Source of the DNA: an uncultured Actinomycetes bacterium
Lineage (GTDB): Bacteria > Actinomycetota > Acidimicrobiia > Spongiisociales > DATADW01
Assembly: GCA_963824995.1 (NCBI GenBank)
Contig: CAWGRK010000006.1
Location: 68,273-132,272 of the forward strand
Reading direction: 5' to 3'
Length of the DNA: 64,000 nucleotides
The position numbers were made by a program, and so were the translations under genes. Shown in pieces: positions 29,171 through 38,147 of this stretch. The stretch's first letter is position 1. Each line of letters starts with the position of its first letter. Below the pieces are notes generated by a model, which was not told where the DNA came from, made no database searches, and was given only the letters and a program-made list of their open reading frames with translations.

Positions 29171-30297
29171 TCGTCGGCGTACCCACCGAGATAAAGGCGT
29201 CCGAAGGGAGGGTGGCGATTACCCCCACCGGGGTGCGTGAGCTCGTCAGCCGCGGGCACCGGGTGTTGGTCGAGTCGCAGGCGGGTGAGGGCTCGACCAT
29301 CCACGACGCCGAGTACACCGCCCAAGGTGCCGACATCGTTCCCACCGCCGCGGACGTCTTCGATGGAGCCGACCTGATCCTCAAGGTGAAGGAACCGCAA
29401 CCGGTCGAGGTTGAGCGCTTCCGCCCCGGTCAGATCTTGTTCACCTACCTCCACCTCGCCGCATATCCGAACCTGGCCAAGGGTCTTGCGGAGAGCGGCG
29501 TCGTCGGGATCGCATACGAAACCGTCCAACTCGCCGACCGGTCGCTCCCACTGCTGGCCCCGATGTCCGAGATCGCCGGGAGGATGGGCACCCAGGCCGG
29601 TGCCTACTTCCTGGAGCACGCCCAGGGCGGTAGAGGGATCCTGCTCGGCGGCGTTCCAGGCGTGGCGCCGGGCAAGGTGGTCGTCATTGGTGCAGGCATC
29701 GCCGGGACCAATGCCGCGGTGATCGCGGTGGGGATGCAGGCAGAGGTCATTGCGCTCGACCGGGACCTCTCACGCCTCCGGGCCATCGATTCGCTCTACC
29801 ACGGACGCATTGTCACCCTCGCCTCGAACCAGCTCACCCTGGAGCAGCAGGTGGAGGACGCCGACCTGGTGATCGGATCGGTCCTGGTGCCAGGGGCTTC
29901 GGCGCCCAGGCTGGTCACCGACCAGATGGTGGCCGGGATGAAGCGGGGGGCCGTGCTGGTGGACATCGCCATCGACCAGGGTGGTTGCTTCGAGACCAGC
30001 CGGGAGACGACCCATGAGGATCCGGTGTATTCGGTACACGACGTTGTCCACTACGCGGTTGGCAACATCCCCGGGGCCGTGCCCCACACCTCGACCTACG
30101 CCCTGACCAATGCCACCATCCCGTATGTCCTGGCGCTCGCCGACCTCGGGGTCCAGGAGGCATTTCGACGCCATCCCGAACTGGTACCCGGGCTCAACGT
30201 CGCCAACGGGTCGTTCGCCAACCGTGCGGTGGCCGAGAGCCTCGGCACGACATGGGTTGCGCCCGACGAGGCGCTGGCAGGCGTCATCCCGGTGTGA
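29167..30297 (+). CDS. ald: Alanine dehydrogenase
   Basis: 376 aa. MIVGVPTEIKASEGRVAITP..., NAD-binding VIGAGIAGTNAA. Confidence 0.9.
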   Translation: MIVGVPTEIKASEGRVAITPTGVRELVSRGHRVLVESQAGEGSTIHDAEYTAQGADIVPTAADVFDGADLILKVKEPQPVEVERFRPGQILFTYLHLAAYPNLAKGLAESGVVGIAYETVQLADRSLPLLAPMSEIAGRMGTQAGAYFLEHAQGGRGILLGGVPGVAPGKVVVIGAGIAGTNAAVIAVGMQAEVIALDRDLSRLRAIDSLYHGRIVTLASNQLTLEQQVEDADLVIGSVLVPGASAPRLVTDQMVAGMKRGAVLVDIAIDQGGCFETSRETTHEDPVYSVHDVVHYAVGNIPGAVPHTSTYALTNATIPYVLALADLGVQEAFRRHPELVPGLNVANGSFANRAVAESLGTTWVAPDEALAGVIPV

Positions 30298-31196
30298 CCG
30301 CAGGTCCGCCCGACAATGACCTCGACGCGGCCGTCACCGAGTATCTCGGACACCTCTCCGCCGAGAGGGGTCTGGCGGGCAACACCGTCTCCGCCTACCG
30401 GCGTGACCTGACCGGTTACCTGGAGCACCTCGAGGGGGCGGCTCCGAACCGCCAGTTGGTGGACTCGTTTGTGAAGCGGCTCTCCATGGCGGGTCTTGCG
30501 CCATCGACCGTGGCGAGGAAGACGGCGGCGGTACGTGGGCTGCACCGTTTCATGGTGGTCGAGGGCTTGGCGTCCGAGGACCCCACGGTCCTGCTCGACC
30601 GACCCGCCCGGAGGGTGCCGTTGCCCAAGGCACTGGCGGTTGATGAGGCAATCAGGCTGGTCGAGTCGCCCGACATGACGACAGTGCTCGGCAGAAGGGA
30701 CCGAGCGCTGCTCGAGTTCCTCTACGCCACCGGTGCCCGGGTCGCCGAGGCGGTCGGTCTGAACCTGGTGGACCTCGAGTTGGAGGAGCGCTCGGCTCTG
30801 GTCACCGGCAAGGGATCGAAGCAGCGTCTCGTGCCGCTGGGGACGGCGGCGGTGGAGGCCATCAGCCTCTACCTGCCGGACCGGTTGAGTCTTCGGCGGC
30901 CCGGACAGGACCCGGGCGCGCTCTTCCTCAACTTCCGCGGTGGGCGGCTCACCCGCCAAGGGGTGTTCGCCGTGGTGCGGCATTCGGCGGTTCGTGCCGG
31001 CCTCGACGCCGCCAAGGTGTCACCGCACGTCCTCAGGCACTCGATGGCGACACACATGGTCGAGGCGGGGGCAGATTTGAGGACCGTCCAGGAGCTGCTC
31101 GGTCACGCTAACATCAGCACAACGCAGGTTTACACCAAGGTGTCCGCCGGGCACCTGTACGAGGTGTACGTCTCCTCACACCCCCGAGCCAGATGA
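30294..31196 (+). CDS. xerD: Site-specific tyrosine recombinase XerD
   Basis: GTG 30294 (overlaps the ald stop). SAERGLAGNTVSAYRRDL; catalytic region HVLRHSMATHMVEAGADLRTVQELLGHANISTTQVYT. Confidence 0.85.
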   Translation: MTAGPPDNDLDAAVTEYLGHLSAERGLAGNTVSAYRRDLTGYLEHLEGAAPNRQLVDSFVKRLSMAGLAPSTVARKTAAVRGLHRFMVVEGLASEDPTVLLDRPARRVPLPKALAVDEAIRLVESPDMTTVLGRRDRALLEFLYATGARVAEAVGLNLVDLELEERSALVTGKGSKQRLVPLGTAAVEAISLYLPDRLSLRRPGQDPGALFLNFRGGRLTRQGVFAVVRHSAVRAGLDAAKVSPHVLRHSMATHMVEAGADLRTVQELLGHANISTTQVYTKVSAGHLYEVYVSSHPRAR

Positions 31197-31549
31197 CCAC
31201 GTCCTCATACGATCTAGATACCGCTCGTCTCACCCTCGACGAAGAGCGCGCCCGCTTGGTGCACCAGCTCAGCGAGCTCGGTGCCACCGAAAGCGGTGAC
31301 CTGCGCCCCGACCTCGAGTTCGGTGACGGGTTCGCCGACGCCGGTGCAGCCACCGCAGAGCGCACCGAACTCCTCGGTGTGGTCGAGTCGCTCAAGAACC
31401 AGGTCGAGGGGATCGACAGGGCGCTGCAGAAGGTCGACGAAGGCAGCTACGGGGTATGTGACCGATGTGGCGGCGAGATCGGTGCCGCCCGGCTGGAGGC
31501 GCGTCCCTCGTCGGTGCTCTGCGTGGAGTGCAGGGCGCGCCAGGGCTGA
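31193..31549 (+). CDS. TraR/DksA-family C4 zinc-finger protein
   Basis: 118 aa. Coiled-coil N-terminus, then YGVCDRCGGEIGAARLEARPSSVLCVECR. Confidence 0.7.
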   Translation: MTTSSYDLDTARLTLDEERARLVHQLSELGATESGDLRPDLEFGDGFADAGAATAERTELLGVVESLKNQVEGIDRALQKVDEGSYGVCDRCGGEIGAARLEARPSSVLCVECRARQG

Positions 31550-31616
31550 GCCGGCCCTTTCGAAGATCGCCACGCACCGCGACCCCTGGGGCCACCTGGT
31601 CAGACGGTTCTTCGAT

Positions 31617-32075
31617 GTGGCGTCATCGGAACCGCTCGATGCCGACGAGACAGTCTTCGTCGCTGGGCAGCTCCGTGGGCCTGAGAAGAGGCTCTTCGGG
31701 GAGCAGCCCTCCGCCGACCAGCGCCACGCATACCGGGCAGCCCGGTATGTCGTGCTGGCGAGCCCGGAGCGATCCGACCTGGTCAGGGCTGCGCTGCTCC
31801 ACGACGTGGGCAAGCGGCACTCCCGTCTCGGCATCCTCGGGCGGGTGGTGGCGTCGCTTCTCCGCCAGCTCCGTTTGGAAGGGAGGGGACGGGTCGCCCT
31901 CTACCTCGAGCACCCTGCCATCGGCGGTGCCGAACTGGAGGAGGCGGGAGCCGAACCACTCGTGGTGGAGTTTGCCCTCAACCATCACGGCAGGCGCCCG
32001 GCGACGATCCACCCCGACGACTGGGCGGTCCTTCTCGCCTCCGACCACACCACGGGCGGTCTGTTCGCCGATTGA
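31617..32075 (+). CDS. HD-domain protein (start uncertain)
   Basis: HAYRAARYV...ALLHDVGK motif. Plausible sequence (PWGHLVRRFFD) extends upstream to about 31560, but no ATG/GTG/TTG exists there. GTG 31617 is the first canonical start. Confidence 0.55.
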   Translation: MASSEPLDADETVFVAGQLRGPEKRLFGEQPSADQRHAYRAARYVVLASPERSDLVRAALLHDVGKRHSRLGILGRVVASLLRQLRLEGRGRVALYLEHPAIGGAELEEAGAEPLVVEFALNHHGRRPATIHPDDWAVLLASDHTTGGLFAD

Positions 32076-32133
32076 TCGTTGACCTGGGCGTTGCACACGG
32101 TCACGATGCGGGACTCGCAATGACCTGCACGCC

Positions 32134-32868
32134 ATGACATACACGGTCCGGACACCGGTCTTCGAGGGTCCACTCGATCTTCTGCTCCAACTGGTCAACC
32201 GTCACCAGATCGACGTCACCGCCATGCGGCTCTCCGACCTGGTCACCGAGTACCTCTTTCATCTGGAACAGATCCGCCGCCTCGACCTCGAGGTGACCAG
32301 CGAGTTCGTCCTCGTCGCCGCCACCCTCATCGAACTCAAGGCGCGGCGGCTGCTCCCGGGCCCCGATGACGTGGACATGGACGACGAGCTCGCCCTCCTC
32401 GAAGAGCGGGACAGGTTGCTCTCCCGTCTGCTGGCGTGCGTCACCTTCAAGGACGTGGCTGCAGTGCTCGGGAGCAGACTCGACGAAGGTTCGAGATGGC
32501 ACGCCCGCGTGCCTGCACCCGGTGACCTCCCGCCTCCACCGCCGAGAGAGGTCCAGGTGCCGGTGGACGCCTCCGGGCTCGCCGCTATCGCCTCCTCGGT
32601 GCTCGCTGAGAGGGATGAGGAGCCGTCGGTCGATCATCTCGACCTCGAACTCCCTTCTGTGGCCGATGCGATCGAGGACCTCCGCGCCCGGCTCGAGGTG
32701 GTCGCCGATTCCGGGTTCGAGGATCTGGTCGCCCATTGCACCCGGCCCGTCGAGATTGTCGCCTACTTCCTCGCCATGCTCGAACTGGCCAGATGGGGCA
32801 TGGTCGAGATCGAGCAACCCGATGGGCTGACCGAGATCCGGGTGCGGGCCGCGGAGACAGCGGCGTGA
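32134..32868 (+). CDS. scpA: Segregation and condensation protein A
   Basis: 244 aa. FEGPLDLLLQLVNRHQIDV...ELKARRLLP. Confidence 0.85.
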   Translation: MTYTVRTPVFEGPLDLLLQLVNRHQIDVTAMRLSDLVTEYLFHLEQIRRLDLEVTSEFVLVAATLIELKARRLLPGPDDVDMDDELALLEERDRLLSRLLACVTFKDVAAVLGSRLDEGSRWHARVPAPGDLPPPPPREVQVPVDASGLAAIASSVLAERDEEPSVDHLDLELPSVADAIEDLRARLEVVADSGFEDLVAHCTRPVEIVAYFLAMLELARWGMVEIEQPDGLTEIRVRAAETAA

Positions 32869-33431
32869 CCGGTCCCGAGACGCTCGACACAGCGGCACAG
32901 GTTGAGGCGATCCTGTTCGTCGCCGAGGAGCCGCTGACGGTAGAGGAACTGGCAGAGGTGCTCGAGGTGCCCAAGCAGAGCGTGGAGGAGGAGTTGGACC
33001 GTCTCGGCGAGCGGCTCGACGGCCACGGCATCGAGTTGCGACGGGTGGGCAGGGGGTGGCGGATCTACACGCGTCCTGCGGCCGCCCCCCACCTGGAGCG
33101 CTTCTCGCGTGCCTCGGCGACCCGATTATCGGCGGCGGCGCTCGAGGTGCTGGCAGTGGTCGCCTACCGCCAGCCCGTGACACGTGCCCAGATGACGCAC
33201 ATCCGAGGGGTGGACTCCGAGTCGGCGGTGCGCACCCTGGAGCGCCACGGGCTGATCGAGGAAGCGGGTCGCCTCCCGCTGCCGGGTAATCCGGCGGTGT
33301 ACCGGACCACTCCGACATTCCTCGAGAAGCTCGGCATGCGCGCCCTCGACGAGCTCCCCCCATTGGCGGACCATGTTCCCCCGGCCGATGTGGTCGATCG
33401 GCTCGAGGAGACCTTCCGCTCCGAGGTGTGA
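32865..33431 (+). CDS. scpB: Segregation and condensation protein B
   Basis: GTG 32865 (GTGA overlap). EAILFVAEEPLTVEELAEVL..., LEVLAVVAYRQPVTRAQM..IRGVDS. Confidence 0.85.
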   Translation: MTGPETLDTAAQVEAILFVAEEPLTVEELAEVLEVPKQSVEEELDRLGERLDGHGIELRRVGRGWRIYTRPAAAPHLERFSRASATRLSAAALEVLAVVAYRQPVTRAQMTHIRGVDSESAVRTLERHGLIEEAGRLPLPGNPAVYRTTPTFLEKLGMRALDELPPLADHVPPADVVDRLEETFRSEV

Positions 33432-34219
33432 ACGTGGAAGACGGGCCTGACCCTCCCCGGCTCCAAGAGGCGCCCGACCCGCCTCGGCTCCAAAAGGTGA
33501 TTGCCGCCTCCGGCGTGACGTCGCGCCGCAACGCCGAGGAGTGGATACGGAGCGGCAGGGTGCAGGTGGATGGCGCGACGGCGCGCCTGGGAGATCGCGC
33601 CGACCCGGAGACGGCCGCAGTCACGGTCGACGGTGTGCCTCTGCCGGTCAGACCAGGGCTCGTGACCTACCTGCTGAACAAGCCGGCCGGCGTGATCAGC
33701 ACGAGCGCCGATCCCCAGGGCCGGCCAACCGTGGTCGGCCTGGTCCCCACCGAGCCCAAGGTGTTCCCGGTGGGGAGGCTCGACGCCGACTCGGAGGGTC
33801 TGCTCCTGCTCACGAACGACGGCGAGTTGGCCAACCTGGTCACCCATCCGCGCTACGGGATCACCAAGACCTACAACGTTCTGGTGGAGGGCCGTCCCGA
33901 CGCGGCGACGCTCCGCGGTTTGGAGCAAGGCGTCGAACTAGACGATGGGCCGGCGGCGGCGATATCGGCGAGGCTGCTCGGGTCGAGTGGCGGGAGGTCG
34001 CATCTCGAGTTGACCATGGGAGAGGGTCGCAAGCGCGAGGTCCGTCGCATGCTCGACTCGGTCGGGCACCCGGTCCTCAACTTGTTCCGCGCTGCCATCG
34101 GCCCGATCGCCGACCCGAGCCTGAGGCGCGGCGAGTGGAGGGAACTCACACCCCATGAGACCCGGCTCCTCTACCGAACGGCCCATGGCCCTGGTCTGCT
34201 ACACCCACGAGCACCTTGA
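33428..34219 (+). CDS. rluB: Pseudouridine synthase, RluB/RsuA family
   Basis: S4 domain (RLQKVIAASGVTSRRNAEEWIRSGRVQVDG) and catalytic GRLDADSEGLLLLTNDG. Confidence 0.85.
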   Translation: MNVEDGPDPPRLQEAPDPPRLQKVIAASGVTSRRNAEEWIRSGRVQVDGATARLGDRADPETAAVTVDGVPLPVRPGLVTYLLNKPAGVISTSADPQGRPTVVGLVPTEPKVFPVGRLDADSEGLLLLTNDGELANLVTHPRYGITKTYNVLVEGRPDAATLRGLEQGVELDDGPAAAISARLLGSSGGRSHLELTMGEGRKREVRRMLDSVGHPVLNLFRAAIGPIADPSLRRGEWRELTPHETRLLYRTAHGPGLLHPRAP

Positions 34220-35508
34220 CCTCCGCCTTCCCAGCCCAACTAGAGATCGCCCCCCTGCGCTCCGCTCTCGATGTGACCGTTCGGCCCCCCGGCTCGAAGA
34301 GCATCACCAACCGGGCGCTCCTGGTGGCGGCACTGGCGAGGGGGACCTCGCGGTTGACCGCGCCGCTCCGAAGCGACGACACCGAAGCGATGCGGCGCTG
34401 TCTCCAGGCTCTGGGGGTGGAGATCTCGGACGGCGAGGAACCGTGGCGGGTGGAGGGAGTGGATGGCCGGCTGAGCGGACCCGAGCAGACACTCGACGCC
34501 GCCGCCTCGGGGACAACCGCCCGTTTCGTGACCGCAGCGGCCACCCTCGCCGGCGGGCAATCGACCATCGACGGGACACCACGGATGAGAGAGCGACCCA
34601 TCGGCGATTTGGTGACGGCTCTCAAGGCGATGGGCGCCGGCATCGAGACGCCGCACAACGAGGGCTACCCGCCAGTCAGGGTGCACGGCGGCGGGATCGA
34701 GGGCGGCGATGTGACCATCGACGCCAGTCGGTCGTCGCAGTTCGCGTCGGCGGTCCTGATGGTGGCCCCGTACTCGCGGACAGGGCTGACCCTCGGCTTC
34801 GTGGACGACGTGATCGTCTCCAAGCCGTACCTGGGCACCACGCTCGAAGTGATGACGAGCTTTGGGGCGAAGGCCGATTGGGCGGGGGACACGACGATTC
34901 GAGTCGAGCCGGGGGGATTCCGGGGAATCGACTACGCCGTGGAAGCCGACGCCTCGGCGGCGACATATCCCTTCGCGGCCGCCGCGATCACCGGAGGTGT
35001 GGTGCGGGTCGAGGGCATCCCACCGGGCTCGACCCAGGCTGACATGCGTCTGCTCGGCGTGCTCGAGGAGATGGGTTGCATGGTCAGCCGGATGGGCGAC
35101 ACGATCGAGGTCCGCGGGCCAGGGCGGGGAGGGTTGCGGGGGGTGGACGTGGACATGACCGAGATGCCCGATGCGGTGCTGGCGCTCGCTGTCGCCGCCG
35201 CCTTCGCCGACCGCCCGAGCACGATCCGCGGGGCGGGAACGCTCCGGATCAAGGAGACCGATCGGCTGGCAGCTCTCGAGACCGAGCTGCGCCGGATCGG
35301 CGCCGGGGCCTCCGCCGGTCCCGACTCACTGACGGTGGAGCCCGCACCCCTCAACGGTGGGTTGGTCCGCACCTACGACGACCATCGGATGGCGATGGCG
35401 TTCACCATCGCCGGATTGGCAGTGCCCGGTGTGGTCATCGATGACCCGGGTTGTGTGACCAAGACATGGCCGGGGTTCTTCGCCGAAGTCGCCCGATGGA
35501 CCGGGTGA
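34216..35508 (+). CDS. aroA: 3-phosphoshikimate 1-carboxyvinyltransferase (EPSP synthase)
   Basis: 430 aa. PPGSKSITNRALLVAALA..., RMRERPIGDL, KETDRLAA. Confidence 0.9.
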   Translation: MTSAFPAQLEIAPLRSALDVTVRPPGSKSITNRALLVAALARGTSRLTAPLRSDDTEAMRRCLQALGVEISDGEEPWRVEGVDGRLSGPEQTLDAAASGTTARFVTAAATLAGGQSTIDGTPRMRERPIGDLVTALKAMGAGIETPHNEGYPPVRVHGGGIEGGDVTIDASRSSQFASAVLMVAPYSRTGLTLGFVDDVIVSKPYLGTTLEVMTSFGAKADWAGDTTIRVEPGGFRGIDYAVEADASAATYPFAAAAITGGVVRVEGIPPGSTQADMRLLGVLEEMGCMVSRMGDTIEVRGPGRGGLRGVDVDMTEMPDAVLALAVAAAFADRPSTIRGAGTLRIKETDRLAALETELRRIGAGASAGPDSLTVEPAPLNGGLVRTYDDHRMAMAFTIAGLAVPGVVIDDPGCVTKTWPGFFAEVARWTG

Positions 35509-36146
35509 TCATCGCCATCGACGGGCCGGGTGGATCCGGTAAGTCCACCGTGAGCCGTGAGACCGGTCGCCGGCTCGGTCTGCCCCACCTCGACACGGGT
35601 GCCTTCTACCGGGCGGCGACCCTGTTGGCGCTCGAGCGCGAGATCGACCCTGGAGATGGCCCTGGTCTGGCCGCTGCCCTGGCATCGGCCGAGATCGAGT
35701 TCGACAAAGGCCGAACTCTGCTCGACGGGGTCGATGTGAGCGAGGAGATAAGAGGCGAGTGGGTGACGGCAGGGGTCAGCACGGTGGCGGCCAACCCCGA
35801 GGTCCGCAGGATCATGGTCGAGCGGCAGCAGCGCTGGGTGGCCGACCACGGCGGTTCGGCGGTAGTGGAGGGCAGGGACATTGGCACCGTGGTCTTCCCC
35901 GGGGCCCCATTGAAGGTGTTCCTCACGGCGAGACCCGAGGTCAGGGCGAGGCGCCGCTCCTCCGAGGGGCCATCGAGCGTCGAAGCGGCCCTGGTTGCAG
36001 CCGAGTTGGCCCGTCGGGACGAGTTCGACTCGACAAGAGAGGTCTCCCCACTTCGGCCCGCCACGGGAGCCGTCGAAATCGACACGAGCGACATGGATAT
36101 TGCCCAGGTGGTCGAGCGGATCATCGAATTGTCCCGTATGGCGTAG
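35496..36146 (+). CDS. cmk: (d)CMP kinase
   Basis: ATG 35496: MDRVIIAIDGPGGSGKSTVSR... It overlaps the aroA 3' end by 13 nt. Confidence 0.9.
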   Translation: MDRVIIAIDGPGGSGKSTVSRETGRRLGLPHLDTGAFYRAATLLALEREIDPGDGPGLAAALASAEIEFDKGRTLLDGVDVSEEIRGEWVTAGVSTVAANPEVRRIMVERQQRWVADHGGSAVVEGRDIGTVVFPGAPLKVFLTARPEVRARRRSSEGPSSVEAALVAAELARRDEFDSTREVSPLRPATGAVEIDTSDMDIAQVVERIIELSRMA

Positions 36147-36230
36147 TCACGAACCGAGTTAGTCGGCAACCAGGCTCTGGCGACGTTTGGCGGGCACTCA
36201 ATCGGTGAGGCCGGCGGTAACATCGACAGC

Positions 36231-36911
36231 ATGCCCGGCCGTGCTCTGCTCGATCCGGGGCGGCGCGGCCTGGTGATTCTCGGCGCCGTCTTCATCGGCT
36301 TGATCGTGGGGGTCGTGGGTCTGGGAGCGTTGATCCTCGCCCCGTCCGACGCGCCACCATCAGCGGCACCGGGCTCCCAATCACCGGTGACCACGGTCTC
36401 AGCTTCACCCACCACCTCCCACGACATGACCCAGACCACCGCTGTCGATGAGTTGGTGCTCGGTGAGGAACCGGGGGCGGTGCTGACGGCGCACGGCGGG
36501 GTGGAGGGTGAGTTCGTGCTCGAGACAGTCGAGATGAAGGACGCCCCCGAGGGCGGGGGACTGTCGGTGGAGTTCCGCTCCGGCGACGACCGGCTACTGA
36601 TGACGGTGCGCGATTGGCCTGGCCGCGAGGAGGAACCAAAGTTCGAGCGCCCCGCCGAGGCGACGTTCGTGCTCGGGCAGTCCACCTTCATCGCCAGCCG
36701 CGGCGAGTGCACCGTGACCGCCCGCGAGACGGAGATCAACGAGATCGAGCCGACGATCATGGCCGTGGACGGGGTCTCCCGAACCGTCGTTGCGCTGGCG
36801 ACGCTCGAGGGCGTGATCGACTGCGAGCCGATCGAGGCGGTACGCGACCCGGTCGATCCGGTCTCGGTCGACGGTCGGTTCGCCGCCTACCTCGCTGTGT
36901 GGGAGGAGTAG
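36231..36911 (+). CDS. Hypothetical membrane-anchored protein
   Basis: 226 aa. N-terminal TM (GLVILGAVFIGLIVGVVGLGALIL), Ser/Pro/Thr linker, then an acidic globular part. No recognisable family. Confidence 0.45.
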   Translation: MPGRALLDPGRRGLVILGAVFIGLIVGVVGLGALILAPSDAPPSAAPGSQSPVTTVSASPTTSHDMTQTTAVDELVLGEEPGAVLTAHGGVEGEFVLETVEMKDAPEGGGLSVEFRSGDDRLLMTVRDWPGREEEPKFERPAEATFVLGQSTFIASRGECTVTARETEINEIEPTIMAVDGVSRTVVALATLEGVIDCEPIEAVRDPVDPVSVDGRFAAYLAVWEE

Positions 36912-36966
36912 GGGAAGGGTTCTGGGCACCGGGTTCCTGGGTTGTGGGTACCGAAACCCAGGTTGA

Positions 36967-38017
36967 CTAGCTGCCACCCACAACGTCTAGGGCCTCGGTG
37001 GCCCCCCAGGTCCGGTCCTTCTCCAAGAGGCCCGTTTCGCCGGGACGGCTGGCCGTGTACCCGGCTTCTACCAGGGCCTGAACCGTCGAGATCATCGCCC
37101 GCAGCGCCGGGGGAAGAGGGAAGTACTCGTCCTCTCCGACGACCTGGAGCAGTTCCACCCCCTGACTGGGGGCGAGACGCTCCACCACCTCAGCGACCAG
37201 ATGGTCGGGAGCAGATGCGCCGGCGGTGACTCCCACCGTGCCAACTCCCTCGAGCCAGGACTGGTCGATCTGTCCGGCATCATCGATGCGGTGTGCCGCC
37301 ACGCCCTGCTCGTTCGCCACCCTGACCAGCGCCAAGGTGTTCGACGAGGTCTGGGACCCCACCACCAGGATGAGATCGCACTGTCGCGCCAGCTCGAGGA
37401 CAGCATCCTGTCGGTTGGTGGTGGCGTAGCAGAGATCGCCCCGTCCGAGCGGTCCAGAGATCGGGGAACCGCTCTGCGGCGCTGTCCATCACAGAACGCC
37501 ACTCGTGGACCCCGAGCGTCGTCTGCGCCAGCAGTGCCACCCGCGATGGGTCGCCCGGATCGAACGAGCCGAGCCCATGCTCGGGATCGACCAGCGTCAT
37601 GGCGTGGGGTGCTTCCGCCATGGTCCCCTGCGCTTCGTCGTGACCCTCGTGACCTATGTAGATGATCTCGTACCCCTGGTCGGCCATACGGCGCACCTCG
37701 TGGTGCACCTTGGTGACCAGCGGGCACACCGCGTCGACCACCACCCCGGCCCTGTCCTTGGCGCCCGACACCACCTGCGGCGCGGAGCCGTGGGCTGACA
37801 GCATGACCGGCGCTCCCACCGGGACCTGTTCGATGTCGTCGATGAAGATGACACCGGCGCGCTCGAACGCCTCCACCACCCACTGGTTGTGGACGATCTG
37901 GTGGTAGCAGTAGACGGGAGGCTCGAAGACCCGCACCATCCAGGTGAGGGCCTTGATCGCCATCTCGACGCCGGCGCAAAACCCGCGCGGCTCTGCGAGC
38001 AGGACACGGTCAACCAT
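36967..38017 (-). pseudogene. ispH: 4-hydroxy-3-methylbut-2-enyl diphosphate reductase IspH, one apparent frameshift at a C4/G4 run (37449-37452)
   Basis: ATG 38017 (MVDRVLLAEPRGFCAGVEMAI...) in ORF 37280..38263. After ...ERFPDLWT the conserved DLCYATTNRQDAV...VVGSQTSSNT... continues in the frame of ORF 36967..37365. The gene is normally essential, so a sequencing artefact is likely. Confidence 0.85.
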
Positions 38018-38046
38018 TGCCGTGAATGGTAGGAACAACGGCACCC

Positions 38047-38106
38047 AACCCGTTTTGGCGTCACCCCGCGTCCCGTGACCGCGTTCCCTGACGCCAAAAC
38101 TGGGTT
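38047..38106. other. Long imperfect inverted repeat in the ispH / der divergent intergenic region
   Basis: AACCCGTTTTGGCGTCA (38047-38063) pairs with TGACGCCAAAACTGGGTT (38089-38106). One bulge, 25-nt spacer. Confidence 0.6.
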
Positions 38107-38147
38107 CGGCTGTGATACCGGGCGCCGTCTGTGTTGACTGTGACTCC

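Noticed and set aside
30294-31196. Tyrosine recombinase plus nearby tRNA-Pro (39674) as boundaries of an integrated element.
   Set aside because: The recombinase has XerD hallmarks and sits in the conserved pyrG-nudix-xerD-scpAB housekeeping context. No att-like direct repeat of the tRNA 3' end, phage, or conjugation genes are seen.
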